Source: a virus
DNA: 41,082 nucleotides
IMG/VR virus record: IMGVR_UViG_3300030238_000004
Location: 1 to 41,082 of that record
Strand: one strand, 5' to 3'
The notes under the pieces are model-generated. The model had not been told where the DNA came from, did no database searches, and saw nothing but the letters and a program-made list of their open reading frames with translations. The first letter of the stretch is position 1. Every line of letters starts with the position of its first letter. This document shows positions 1-7,825 of this stretch, piece by piece. The translations under genes and the position numbers were made by a program.

Positions 1-99
1 CTTGTATCCAGTTTATTATGATGAGTATCCTTAGTATCAAATAGATTCTGGAAGTTGTCATCAGCAGCACTGAAAGGAACATCACGAGGTGCGGTCTTA
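1..99. repeat. Terminal assembly overlap (identical to 40984-41082)
   Basis: Base-by-base comparison: cttgtatccagtttattatg...gaggtgcggtctta occurs at both window ends. It lies inside an open reading frame. Confidence 0.95.
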
Positions 100-602
100 A
101 CGTCTTGTCCATCAGGGAATAACTCAAAGTATTCCTTTGCAGATGTACCTAAAGCATCGACCTTACCACCTTGGAATGTACCACGTTCTAACATCTTCTT
201 CATTTCACCAGTTCCCAATAGATGAGAAGCAGCTTTAAGACGTTCAGGAGTGATAGTCATACCGTCGATTTGTTGTCCACCATACTGTTCTAAAAGAGGT
301 GCAGTACGTTGAGTTAGTAGACCATCCCATTGTGTGAACGCTTCTTCTTGAACATTGTTGTTACTAAGGAAGTCATTCTGAGATTTAATGTTACTTTTAC
401 CTGACCAGTTTGCAGGATTAGATAGGAACTCACTTTGAGTCATACCTTTAGGTTTCTTGTTCTTAATATAACCTAAGTCATGTAGAGCAGCCCAGCCGAA
501 CTGGTACTTACCGATATATCCACCCTCAGTACCAATTGCTTTATAATTACCGCTACTTTCACGCTGACCTAAGATTTCAGAAAAATCTTTAATGTCTGCC
601 AT
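1..602 (-). CDS. Internal virion/ejection protein, T7 gp16-like: N-terminal ~200 codons with a lysozyme-like murein hydrolase domain. The gene continues at 40983->37638.
   Basis: ATG at 602-600 shortly after a promoter +1 (GGAGAAACTAAATG). My hand translation MADIKDFSEILGQRESSGNYKAIGTEGGYIGKYQFGW... is open down to nt 1. It stays in frame across the overlap into ORF 37638..40928 (657 nt between the two ATGs). Confidence 0.85.
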   Translation of the reverse strand, partial: MADIKDFSEILGQRESSGNYKAIGTEGGYIGKYQFGWAALHDLGYIKNKKPKGMTQSEFLSNPANWSGKSNIKSQNDFLSNNNVQEEAFTQWDGLLTQRTAPLLEQYGGQQIDGMTITPERLKAASHLLGTGEMKKMLERGTFQGGKVDALGTSAKEYFELFPDGQDVKTAPRDVPFSAADDNFQNLFDTKDTHHNKLDT

Positions 603-607
603 TTAGT

Positions 608-630
608 TTCTCCTATAGTGGGTGTTATTT
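608..630 (-). promoter_or_regulatory. Phage RNAP promoter upstream of the gp16-like gene
   Basis: - strand 23-mer AAATAACACCCACTATAGGAGAA; core ACACCCACTATAGG. Confidence 0.8.
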
Positions 631-1209
631 AACTTTACCAGCATTACCAGTCTTTCCTACTTTACCTTTCGGAGTAGTTCCCAACATACCACCTAATTGA
701 TATCCAGTGACAACACCTTGAGCAGTAGCTCCTACAGTGTTGGCAATAAGACCCAATTGGTCAGGTTGAGGTACAGACGGCATACCCTCGTAAGCTGAGA
801 TTAACTCATTACGATTGGCTTCACGCTGTGCATAGATGTTGTAGTATGAGCGTTCATAGCTACGATTGATATCGGTTTTAACTGCAAGAGCTTCATTAGC
901 TACTTGACGTTCAATACGTTCCATTGAGCGACCAGAAAGATTAGACTCTCCGATTGCTGTAGATACTGAAGCTTGTGTCTCGATAGCATCAAGGTTAGCT
1001 TCAGCAAGTAGTTCACGAGCTTCATCATAGTTACCCATATCTTGAAGTTGTAAGTTAGCATCTTTGTAGTTACTTTGACGCATCATTTCAATCTTCTGTT
1101 TACGACGAGCTTCTTCCTGTTTGACAGCAGCCTTTTGTTGGTTCTTGCCATCAACGATAGAACCTACAGCAGCTACAGCACTCATTACGATACTTACAGG
1201 TTCACACAT
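625..1209 (-). CDS. Internal virion protein B (T7 gp14-like)
   Basis: 194 aa vs 196 aa in T7. Starts MC..., and AIGESNLSGRSMERIERQ parallels T7 AIGESMLEGSSMDRIKR. AGGAGG RBS; position after gp13-like. Confidence 0.75.
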   Translation of the reverse strand: MCEPVSIVMSAVAAVGSIVDGKNQQKAAVKQEEARRKQKIEMMRQSNYKDANLQLQDMGNYDEARELLAEANLDAIETQASVSTAIGESNLSGRSMERIERQVANEALAVKTDINRSYERSYYNIYAQREANRNELISAYEGMPSVPQPDQLGLIANTVGATAQGVVTGYQLGGMLGTTPKGKVGKTGNAGKVK

Positions 1210-1220
1210 AGTTATTCCTC

Positions 1221-1718
1221 CTATTTCATTAGATGAGGGAAGTCTTCAATGCAGAACTCAAAGGGAACATAGTATTCACCATTCTGACCCAATACTTGTC
1301 CACTCATACGAGCACCACAAGATTCAGTGAACCAGATATGAGCAGGATTACCTACCCAGATGTAGTTATGAAGAACTGGATGAACCAAAAGAGCAGCATC
1401 ACGATTCTTACAGAGTTCATCACGTAGAGCCATGCGTTCTTCTTTGTTGAAGTTCTTCACATAGTTAGACGTTAAGAACCAGCAGATACCTTTATCAGTA
1501 TAACCGCCAATAGCATAAGTCTGTCCTGTCTTCTCGTTAACAATAGAGTAAGACGCTTCACAAGACTTAATGGCTTCTTCGAGTGCAGCCTTAGCATCTA
1601 CATAGACACCTGAGCGATTAGCTACAAGTTCATCATAGTCTTCAGTTGACAGTGATTTAGCTAATTCTTCAGCATCAGATAAACACGCTTTGATTGTCTT
1701 AAAGGATGCGATTTCCAT
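1221..1718 (-). CDS. Internal virion protein A (T7 gp13-like)
   Basis: ORF 1221..1724; I prefer ATG 1718 (GGAGG 6 nt upstream). GGYTDKGICWFLTS...LHNYIWVGNPAHIWF parallels recalled T7 gp13 GGNCGDQCWFVTS...LWNYVWVGNTSHIRF. Confidence 0.6.
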   Translation of the reverse strand: MEIASFKTIKACLSDAEELAKSLSTEDYDELVANRSGVYVDAKAALEEAIKSCEASYSIVNEKTGQTYAIGGYTDKGICWFLTSNYVKNFNKEERMALRDELCKNRDAALLVHPVLHNYIWVGNPAHIWFTESCGARMSGQVLGQNGEYYVPFEFCIEDFPHLMK

Positions 1719-2343
1719 AGACAACCTCCATGATTTCAGCAGCTATAACAGAAGGGATTGCATAGTCTTTACATAAGTCGATTGTAATCAAGTCAGTATT
1801 ATACTCACGAGTAATCTGAGGTAAACAAGCATCATGGAATCGTTTGATATCTTCAATGTAATTTAGTTCATAACCATCTTCACCTTCACGACCACGTTTT
1901 GCGATGGACTCGATGCAGGATTTAGGGTCTTTGTCTAAATACACAACACAGTCAATACGAGGATAATCTGTAAGTCTACGCTTAATGTCGTAGTAGTAAT
2001 CCATGTAATGAGCTGAAGGTAATTCCATGTTTAAGAAGTTCAACTGAGAGAATACAAGGTCAGAGAACAATGAACGCTCAATGATATAGTTAGCATCAGG
2101 TATATCTTTAAGCATTTCTTGACGTTGATTCGTTAGATACTTTTGGAACTCTACACGTTTATCAGGATTGTGAGGGTTCTCGATGTAGACTTTAAGAAGA
2201 CGATGGAACTCAGGGTCTTCATCTACAGGTTCAATTAGAACATTCCAGTCTTCACCAGACCATAGTTGTAGTTCCTCTTTAAGTGGTTCAAGGAGAGTAG
2301 ACTTCCCTGCACCGATATTAGCTTCGATAGCAATGATTTTCAT
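1699..2343 (-). CDS. Deoxynucleoside kinase (dNK/dCK-dGK family)
   Basis: P-loop IEANIGAGKSTLL, ERS motif (IIERSLFSD) and lid AKRGREGEDG. 214 aa. Own variant promoter at 2411-2433. Confidence 0.8.
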   Translation of the reverse strand: MKIIAIEANIGAGKSTLLEPLKEELQLWSGEDWNVLIEPVDEDPEFHRLLKVYIENPHNPDKRVEFQKYLTNQRQEMLKDIPDANYIIERSLFSDLVFSQLNFLNMELPSAHYMDYYYDIKRRLTDYPRIDCVVYLDKDPKSCIESIAKRGREGEDGYELNYIEDIKRFHDACLPQITREYNTDLITIDLCKDYAIPSVIAAEIMEVVYGNRIL

Positions 2344-2410
2344 AATAAGTATTTCTCCTTATGTATTTGAGAGATTGATAGAGAATGAGAGAAGGAACTT
2401 TAAGTCTCCC

Positions 2411-2433
2411 TCTCCCAATAGTGGGTGTTAAAT
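2411..2433 (-). promoter_or_regulatory. Phage RNAP promoter variant (T at -1) upstream of the dNK gene
   Basis: ATTTAACACCCACTATTGGGAGA; overlaps the gp12 stop codon. Confidence 0.6.
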
Positions 2434-4830
2434 ACCTGAACTTCGACGTATGTAGTTACCTTCCCAACCACCACCAATGATAGCAACAGGGTTCGGAGTG
2501 TCTGATTCAAGAGTCACAGTGATAGTCTTAGCGTCACCACCAATCGGATAACGGAATTGACCAGTATCCAAAGACTCATCACCAAGAATCATTTCCTGAG
2601 TGTTCAAGCGGTTGCCTGTCATGTCATACACGAACTTACGAGCTTGATTCTGTACGGTCATCTTGAAGCTACCAGAGTTCTCATAGTTAACCCATGCTCT
2701 ACGTAACTGTAAACGACCAATGTCTTCAGTGGAAACACCACCAGCAGTATCGGTATTCTTAATGAGGAACTTAGAGAACTGGTAATACATGTTGTATGCC
2801 TCTCCGATATAGAAAGTCATACCAGCCCAGTTACCATCAAGTTCGATGGTACCTTTACTTTTCCAACCACCTGTAGGGCAATCAAAACGGAACATAGCGT
2901 TGTTGGATACTTCATCTTGTTCGTTTGTAGGATGAATCACATAGTAATCACCATAAGAAGGTGTTGCACCATAAACATCTTGAAGATGGATAGTAGTTGT
3001 ATATGTATCATCATTGTATGCACCAGATGGAATCAGGTAAGGAGTCTTACGGTCAATGTACAAACGGAAAGGTTCTTCTTTGAAATCCTTAGTATTCTGA
3101 GTAAACTCAATACGTTCAAGGAATATACCAGACTTAGTGTCAATCGTTAAGTACATCTTAGAGCCAAGCATATCGCATGATAATACCTTGTTACCTTCAC
3201 CGAAGTCCCAATGACTCCATGATTGTTGTACAAGACTTTCCTGCAAGTAGAGGAACTTATAGAAGAATACTTTATGAGGTGAACCCTCAGAGAGCATCGT
3301 CAAGAAGTTCTCAGTTGAACTTCCACAAATCTTAAAGACTCCATTAGGAATATAAGATGGGATATGTGCAGAGATATCTTCAGCGTTCTTTACTTGTGTT
3401 ACATCTTGCACAGCGTAGTATCGACGGACACTTGAGAACTGAGCACGAGGAGCTACAAAGTAGACACCACGACCGATACCATAAGGACGAGCCTTGTCGG
3501 TAATCTCAAACTCAGTAGTCATATCGAGTCGTACAGAGGAAGCAGTTAGAACACCATCAGCAGTCAATACGAACTGTGATTGGTCAGACCATAATAGAAG
3601 TTCTTCAGCGAATGGCACAGCGTACTTCAGGATAGAGATACGGTTTGTACTTACAGCTACGTCGATAGGGTCAGCATCAGTAAAGGCAGCTACGGACTTA
3701 GGGAAGAAGTTCCAGTAAGAACCAGCTTCAGATAACACAACGTTCTCTCCACTTAGGAAACCTAAACGGTTACGGAAGAAGAACACATCGTGTAACTTAC
3801 CGTCTACGAAAGATGGATAAGGGTTAGTATTATCATCACCAGCACTACGAGCATCCCATGAAGCAGCTTTAAGTTGGAACGTACCGTTAGCTTGGCGAAC
3901 CAATATATGAGGCATAGTGTCAACATTAAAGTTAGACAATAGGTTAGGCTTAGCACATTCGTTCCATACTGCTTTATTAGCATCGAACATAACCCAGAAA
4001 TCATCATCACCACTTGTAGCATCACCAGCAACGTTCACAATGTGACCATTAAAGGTTTCTTTAGGTAAGTCAGTTGTCTTCTGAACGTCATTTATAGCAC
4101 CAGACATTAGAGCACCATTGTAACCATCTTCCAGTTTCAATGAGTTCATATCTACAGTAGATGAAATCTCAAGGAAACCACCAGCACGGCTCGTACAGGT
4201 TGCATTCGTCATCTTAAAGGAAGCCTTTAGCTTATCCATGATGAAACGAATATCAATCTGTTTAGCATGTTCAGGTTTATCACCAAGTGGAGTCTCATAA
4301 GCAGCTACTTGAGAGTCATTAATAGTGATACGATAAGTACGACCATATTGACCACCTTTAACTTGAACAGAGGCTTTACGTTTAAGACCACCACCAGCAG
4401 GAGTCTTTGCAGTTCCCTTAGCGATTGTCTTGGTTTTATTAACGATGAACGTGTAGTCAGCTACAGTTACCATACGCAAGTCTTCACGAGGATTCGGAGT
4501 CTTGATATAGTTTAGAGCATTTCCTACAGGAGACACAGCGACTTCATTACCTGTCAAAAGGTCAATCACTTTGATTGTACTACCAGTAAAGATTACAGAG
4601 TATTGTTCAGTGTCATCACGGTTAATATTGTGGAAGTAAGGTTCAGTACCGAAGTATCCTGTATTACCAAGACGCTTAATGTTAACTGTAGGTGGACGCT
4701 TTTGTAAGCCTTCAACTTCTGAGCTAAAGGCATTTACTTGGGATTCACCTTGGTCACTGAACCGTAGGATATCAGGTTGTTGACTGATACCACCTTTTAA
4801 ATTCTTGATTGACTGACTAACAAGACTCAT
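2428..4830 (-). CDS. Tail tubular protein B (T7 gp12-like)
   Basis: ORF 2428..4836; ATG 4830 has AAGGAG upstream. MSLVSQSIKNLKGGISQQPDILRF... parallels the T7 gp12 N-terminus. 800 aa vs 794. Confidence 0.9.
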   Translation of the reverse strand: MSLVSQSIKNLKGGISQQPDILRFSDQGESQVNAFSSEVEGLQKRPPTVNIKRLGNTGYFGTEPYFHNINRDDTEQYSVIFTGSTIKVIDLLTGNEVAVSPVGNALNYIKTPNPREDLRMVTVADYTFIVNKTKTIAKGTAKTPAGGGLKRKASVQVKGGQYGRTYRITINDSQVAAYETPLGDKPEHAKQIDIRFIMDKLKASFKMTNATCTSRAGGFLEISSTVDMNSLKLEDGYNGALMSGAINDVQKTTDLPKETFNGHIVNVAGDATSGDDDFWVMFDANKAVWNECAKPNLLSNFNVDTMPHILVRQANGTFQLKAASWDARSAGDDNTNPYPSFVDGKLHDVFFFRNRLGFLSGENVVLSEAGSYWNFFPKSVAAFTDADPIDVAVSTNRISILKYAVPFAEELLLWSDQSQFVLTADGVLTASSVRLDMTTEFEITDKARPYGIGRGVYFVAPRAQFSSVRRYYAVQDVTQVKNAEDISAHIPSYIPNGVFKICGSSTENFLTMLSEGSPHKVFFYKFLYLQESLVQQSWSHWDFGEGNKVLSCDMLGSKMYLTIDTKSGIFLERIEFTQNTKDFKEEPFRLYIDRKTPYLIPSGAYNDDTYTTTIHLQDVYGATPSYGDYYVIHPTNEQDEVSNNAMFRFDCPTGGWKSKGTIELDGNWAGMTFYIGEAYNMYYQFSKFLIKNTDTAGGVSTEDIGRLQLRRAWVNYENSGSFKMTVQNQARKFVYDMTGNRLNTQEMILGDESLDTGQFRYPIGGDAKTITVTLESDTPNPVAIIGGGWEGNYIRRSSGI

Positions 4831-4993
4831 TTTCACTCCTTAGATACTTAATAGCCTTTTGTAAGACATTGGTATCATCTTTAAATGTTATACCATGTTT
4901 AGCTACAAGTTTATCTAAACGTGAACAATTTTGACATCTCTGGCGTTTACCTGTAAAAATTGTACCAGAACATCTTTTACATATTTTCTGCAT
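4817..4993 (-). CDS. Small zinc-ribbon protein (58 aa), unknown function
   Basis: Below the ORF-track cutoff. Hand translation MQKICKRCSGTIFTGKRQRCQNCSRLDKLVAKHG... has two CxxC pairs. AAGGAG lies 7 nt before ATG 4993, and the 3' end overlaps the gp12 start. Confidence 0.55.
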   Translation of the reverse strand: MQKICKRCSGTIFTGKRQRCQNCSRLDKLVAKHGITFKDDTNVLQKAIKYLRSENESC

Positions 4994-5002
4994 AAAGACT
5001 CC

Positions 5003-5596
5003 TTATCGGTCAATGGTTAGGTTGTCGAACATGTTGAATGAACCATAGTCCAGTTCGTATTCCATGACAGACGCTTGTAGGTCGATAATCTCATTACCTA
5101 ACACAGTATCAATCTCAGGAGCACCAAAGAATCGAATGTTAAATTCCTTAGCAGCTTTAGTCACAATAAGTGATTTAAATTGTTCAGGCATTTCATCAAA
5201 GGTTTTCTGAGAGATTAGGTTTACAGTGATAGCTGAAGGGAAACGGTCAGTACGAGCGATACGGTCATAGACGTAACCACCACGATTGACATAAGGTGTG
5301 TTACCTTCAGTTGAAATCACAGATAGATAATCAGGCATATAATTGATAAGACCAGAGAATGTATCAGGAGTTAGTGTAGCACCTTCATCAATATTGAATG
5401 TCCAACCTTTAGATTGCTCTTGGCGATTAATCTTCTGTAGGATACGACGAGCATTCACTACGTCCAAGTTAGCATCACCTTCAAGTGTGTTCACTGGGGA
5501 TTCACCAATAGCAGCCAGAATGTCATTCACAGCAGATAGTTCAGCTTGATATGACCATGAGGATTCATAAGGGTTTATTGTTGTTGTTGTCGTCAT
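5003..5596 (-). CDS. Tail tubular protein A (T7 gp11-like)
   Basis: ORF 5003..5635 trimmed to ATG 5596 (AAGGAG RBS). [26 protein letters not shown]... and [10 protein letters not shown] parallel T7 gp11. Confidence 0.9.
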   Translation of the reverse strand: MTTTTTINPYESSWSYQAELSAVNDILAAIGESPVNTLEGDANLDVVNARRILQKINRQEQSKGWTFNIDEGATLTPDTFSGLINYMPDYLSVISTEGNTPYVNRGGYVYDRIARTDRFPSAITVNLISQKTFDEMPEQFKSLIVTKAAKEFNIRFFGAPEIDTVLGNEIIDLQASVMEYELDYGSFNMFDNLTIDR

Positions 5597-5611
5597 AATG
5601 TTACTCCTTAA

Positions 5612-5639
5612 CGAAAAAGGCATCCCGAAGGACACCTTT
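5612..5639 (-). terminator. Hairpin + U-run terminator after the capsid gene (T-phi analogue)
   Basis: RNA AAGGUGUCC-UUCG-GGAUGCCUU followed by UUUCG. 9-bp stem with a UUCG loop, in the same position as T7 T-phi (between genes 10 and 11). Confidence 0.7.
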
Positions 5640-5656
5640 AGTTTGTAGTTAAGCTA

Positions 5657-6787
5657 TTACGCTTGACGTTTGTTACGAGTAGCAGCTTGAGCAACGCTAA
5701 CTGTTTTAACATCAAGAACTGGATGCGTAGCAGTAGCACGTACAACGATAGCACCAACAGCTTCAGGACGTAGACCACCGTGACCCATAGCGTATTTAGC
5801 GATGATTTGGTCAGCTTGGTATTCTGGACGACGAGCACGTTCAAGAGCCATATCTTTTAGCTTAAGAGTTGCAACAGCAGAACGGTGAACAGTCAGACCA
5901 ACAACGTTGTTAACACCAACAGTGTATGAACCTTGAGTAGTAGTTTCACCAGTTACAGGGAAGATGTGACCAGCGCCATCGAAAGCATCAGCAGGGTTAT
6001 CTACAGCACCACCAACATGAGCAAGAGTCATCAGTGGAGTTTCAACAACTTCAAAGCCCATTACGTTACGGATATTACCAGTTTCAGGGTCAATCAGAGC
6101 AGCATAGTTAGCAGCGTTAGGCATCATTGCAGTTAGAATCGCAGAGTAAACTTCTGGGTTCGTGTAGAATGTACGGTCACCAGCAGGAACGAAGTTGCGA
6201 GTGAAAGCAGCGCGCATAAGAGTTAGAGATTCAATCACTTGAACACCAACAGTCTTAGGGTCTGTAGAATCAGTCATAGACACAAGTGGAGAACGACCAA
6301 GACCAGCAATGTTCTCATCTTTCTCAGTAGCACGAGAGTTCACAAGTTTAGCCATTTCAGCGAAGTTCGCAGAGTCAGCAGCAAGAGCCATAGCTTCACC
6401 CATTTGAGTAGAGTATTCAGCACGAACATCGTAGTGGTTCATTGCGTCTTCAATGTCGTAAATCAATACGTCAGTTGTTAGAAGACCATCAATTGTGATT
6501 ACTTTCTCAGAGTGTTTAATCTCTTTACGGTTGTCATCAAGAGACTGACCTTGCTTCAAGTAACGAGCAGATGTACGACCCATCACAGGGAATGACGCAG
6601 ATTTACCGTTAGCGATAGTACGAGTCATAACTTTATCAAGAGTCTTAGTCATACGAGCGAAAGCAGTTAGAACTTCACCACCGTAAACTTTAAGGAAGTT
6701 AGCAAGTAAATCGTTGTTAGTAACGCCTTTACCTTGGTTCTTACCGATTTGTTGTGCGCCAGCAGGCATTACAGTTTTAGTAGTCAT
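5657..6787 (-). CDS. Major capsid protein (T7 gp10-like)
   Basis: KVITIDGLLTTDVLIYDIEDAMNHYDVR and ADQIIAKYAMGHGGLRPEA are near-identical to recalled T7 gp10A. 376 aa. Confidence 0.95.
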   Translation of the reverse strand: MTTKTVMPAGAQQIGKNQGKGVTNNDLLANFLKVYGGEVLTAFARMTKTLDKVMTRTIANGKSASFPVMGRTSARYLKQGQSLDDNRKEIKHSEKVITIDGLLTTDVLIYDIEDAMNHYDVRAEYSTQMGEAMALAADSANFAEMAKLVNSRATEKDENIAGLGRSPLVSMTDSTDPKTVGVQVIESLTLMRAAFTRNFVPAGDRTFYTNPEVYSAILTAMMPNAANYAALIDPETGNIRNVMGFEVVETPLMTLAHVGGAVDNPADAFDGAGHIFPVTGETTTQGSYTVGVNNVVGLTVHRSAVATLKLKDMALERARRPEYQADQIIAKYAMGHGGLRPEAVGAIVVRATATHPVLDVKTVSVAQAATRNKRQA

Positions 6788-6824
6788 AATATAGTTCTCC
6801 TTTGAGATTAAATAGAAGTAGTGT

Positions 6825-6871
6825 GGAGACAGAACCCTCAGAATCGCCTGAAGGAATAATCATCTGTCTCC
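6825..6871 (-). promoter_or_regulatory. 5' leader stem-loop of the capsid mRNA
   Basis: From +2: GGAGACAGA...UCUGUCUCC (9 bp) enclosing CCUUCAGG-CGAU-UCUGAGGG. Analogous to the T7 phi10 leader hairpin. Confidence 0.6.
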
Positions 6872-6889
6872 CTATAGTGGGTGTTAATT
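6867..6889 (-). promoter_or_regulatory. Phage RNAP promoter (consensus) upstream of the capsid gene
   Basis: AATTAACACCCACTATAGGGAGA. Confidence 0.9.
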
Positions 6890-6896
6890 AAATTGC

Positions 6897-7754
6897 TTAG
6901 AAGTTCGACACTAATAGTCGTTGTTCTACTTTAGCACGGAACGCTGAATCAGTACGGTATTCACGAGAAGCCATAGCTGTAATCATTTCCTGACGAGAAC
7001 CAAAAGGCTCAACTGCATTAACAGCTTTAGGAACAACTGTAGGTTTAGCAGCAGCCATTAGGTTAACTTTAGGACGTTCACCAAAAGATTGACGATGTGT
7101 AGCCTTAGCTGAATCAATCAGGGCTTTCATAGTCGTCACATCGTTACGGTCAAGAGCTGCATTAAAGGCATCAGCCATAGCACCATTACCAGATAGAACA
7201 TCCTGTACTTTACCAAATGCAGCTTCACCGCCAGTGTACTCAATGATAGACTTAACGAACTGTGCAGCTACAGCTTCTTGTCCCTTAACGTAAGAGTCAA
7301 TGAAACCTTTAGTGTAACCAGCAGCAGCCAGAGCTTCATAAGAAGCATCAGAAAGACCTTCATCAGAGTTATATTCAGCTTTGATTGTTTCTACCATTTC
7401 AACTGGAAGACCACGTTCAATAGCTGACTGAATGATTTCTTCAGTACCTTGAATTGCTTCTTGAATAGCTACACCAGCTTCTTCAAATGTTTTAGGGTCG
7501 CCAGAAGCAGGAAGCTCATCTGAATCAGACTCACCAAGTTCTTCAGTGTCCATGTCTTCATCAGATGAGAATTCACCAGTTTCAGTATTAATTTCAATAC
7601 GGTCAACATCTACTTCTTCACTACCAATCTCTGCAACATCGAGATTAAATTCAATACGGTCATCACCATCACGAACATCAACAGGCATTTGAATCATCGC
7701 TTCTTCATGAGCTTCAGTTGAGATAACAGCATTAGATAAATGTGAATAAGGCAT
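6897..7754 (-). CDS. Scaffolding protein (T7 gp9-like)
   Basis: 285 aa, strongly acidic N-terminal half. Lies between portal and capsid as in T7. Confidence 0.75.
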   Translation of the reverse strand: MPYSHLSNAVISTEAHEEAMIQMPVDVRDGDDRIEFNLDVAEIGSEEVDVDRIEINTETGEFSSDEDMDTEELGESDSDELPASGDPKTFEEAGVAIQEAIQGTEEIIQSAIERGLPVEMVETIKAEYNSDEGLSDASYEALAAAGYTKGFIDSYVKGQEAVAAQFVKSIIEYTGGEAAFGKVQDVLSGNGAMADAFNAALDRNDVTTMKALIDSAKATHRQSFGERPKVNLMAAAKPTVVPKAVNAVEPFGSRQEMITAMASREYRTDSAFRAKVEQRLLVSNF

Positions 7755-7784
7755 AATAGTTCTCCTTTGAGAGTTATAAGAATA

Positions 7785-7805
7785 GGGAAACGTGAGGTGT
7801 CTCCC
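7785..7805 (-). promoter_or_regulatory. 5' leader stem-loop of the scaffold mRNA
   Basis: GGGAGACACCUCACGUUUCCC starting at +1. Same architecture as the T7 phi10 leader GGGAGACCACAACGGUUUCCC. Confidence 0.6.
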
Positions 7806-7822
7806 TATAGTGGGTGTTAATT
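7800..7822 (-). promoter_or_regulatory. Phage RNAP promoter (consensus) upstream of the scaffold gene
   Basis: AATTAACACCCACTATAGGGAGA. Confidence 0.9.
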
Positions 7823-7825
7823 AAA

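Noticed and set aside
5638-5844. The overlapping - strand ORF as a T7 10B-type frameshift extension of the capsid protein
   Set aside because: The alternative frame extends only 19 nt past the capsid stop and is Leu/Val-rich noise. I found no slippery heptamer. The capsid ORF instead has an in-frame ~30-aa C-terminal extension relative to T7 10A.
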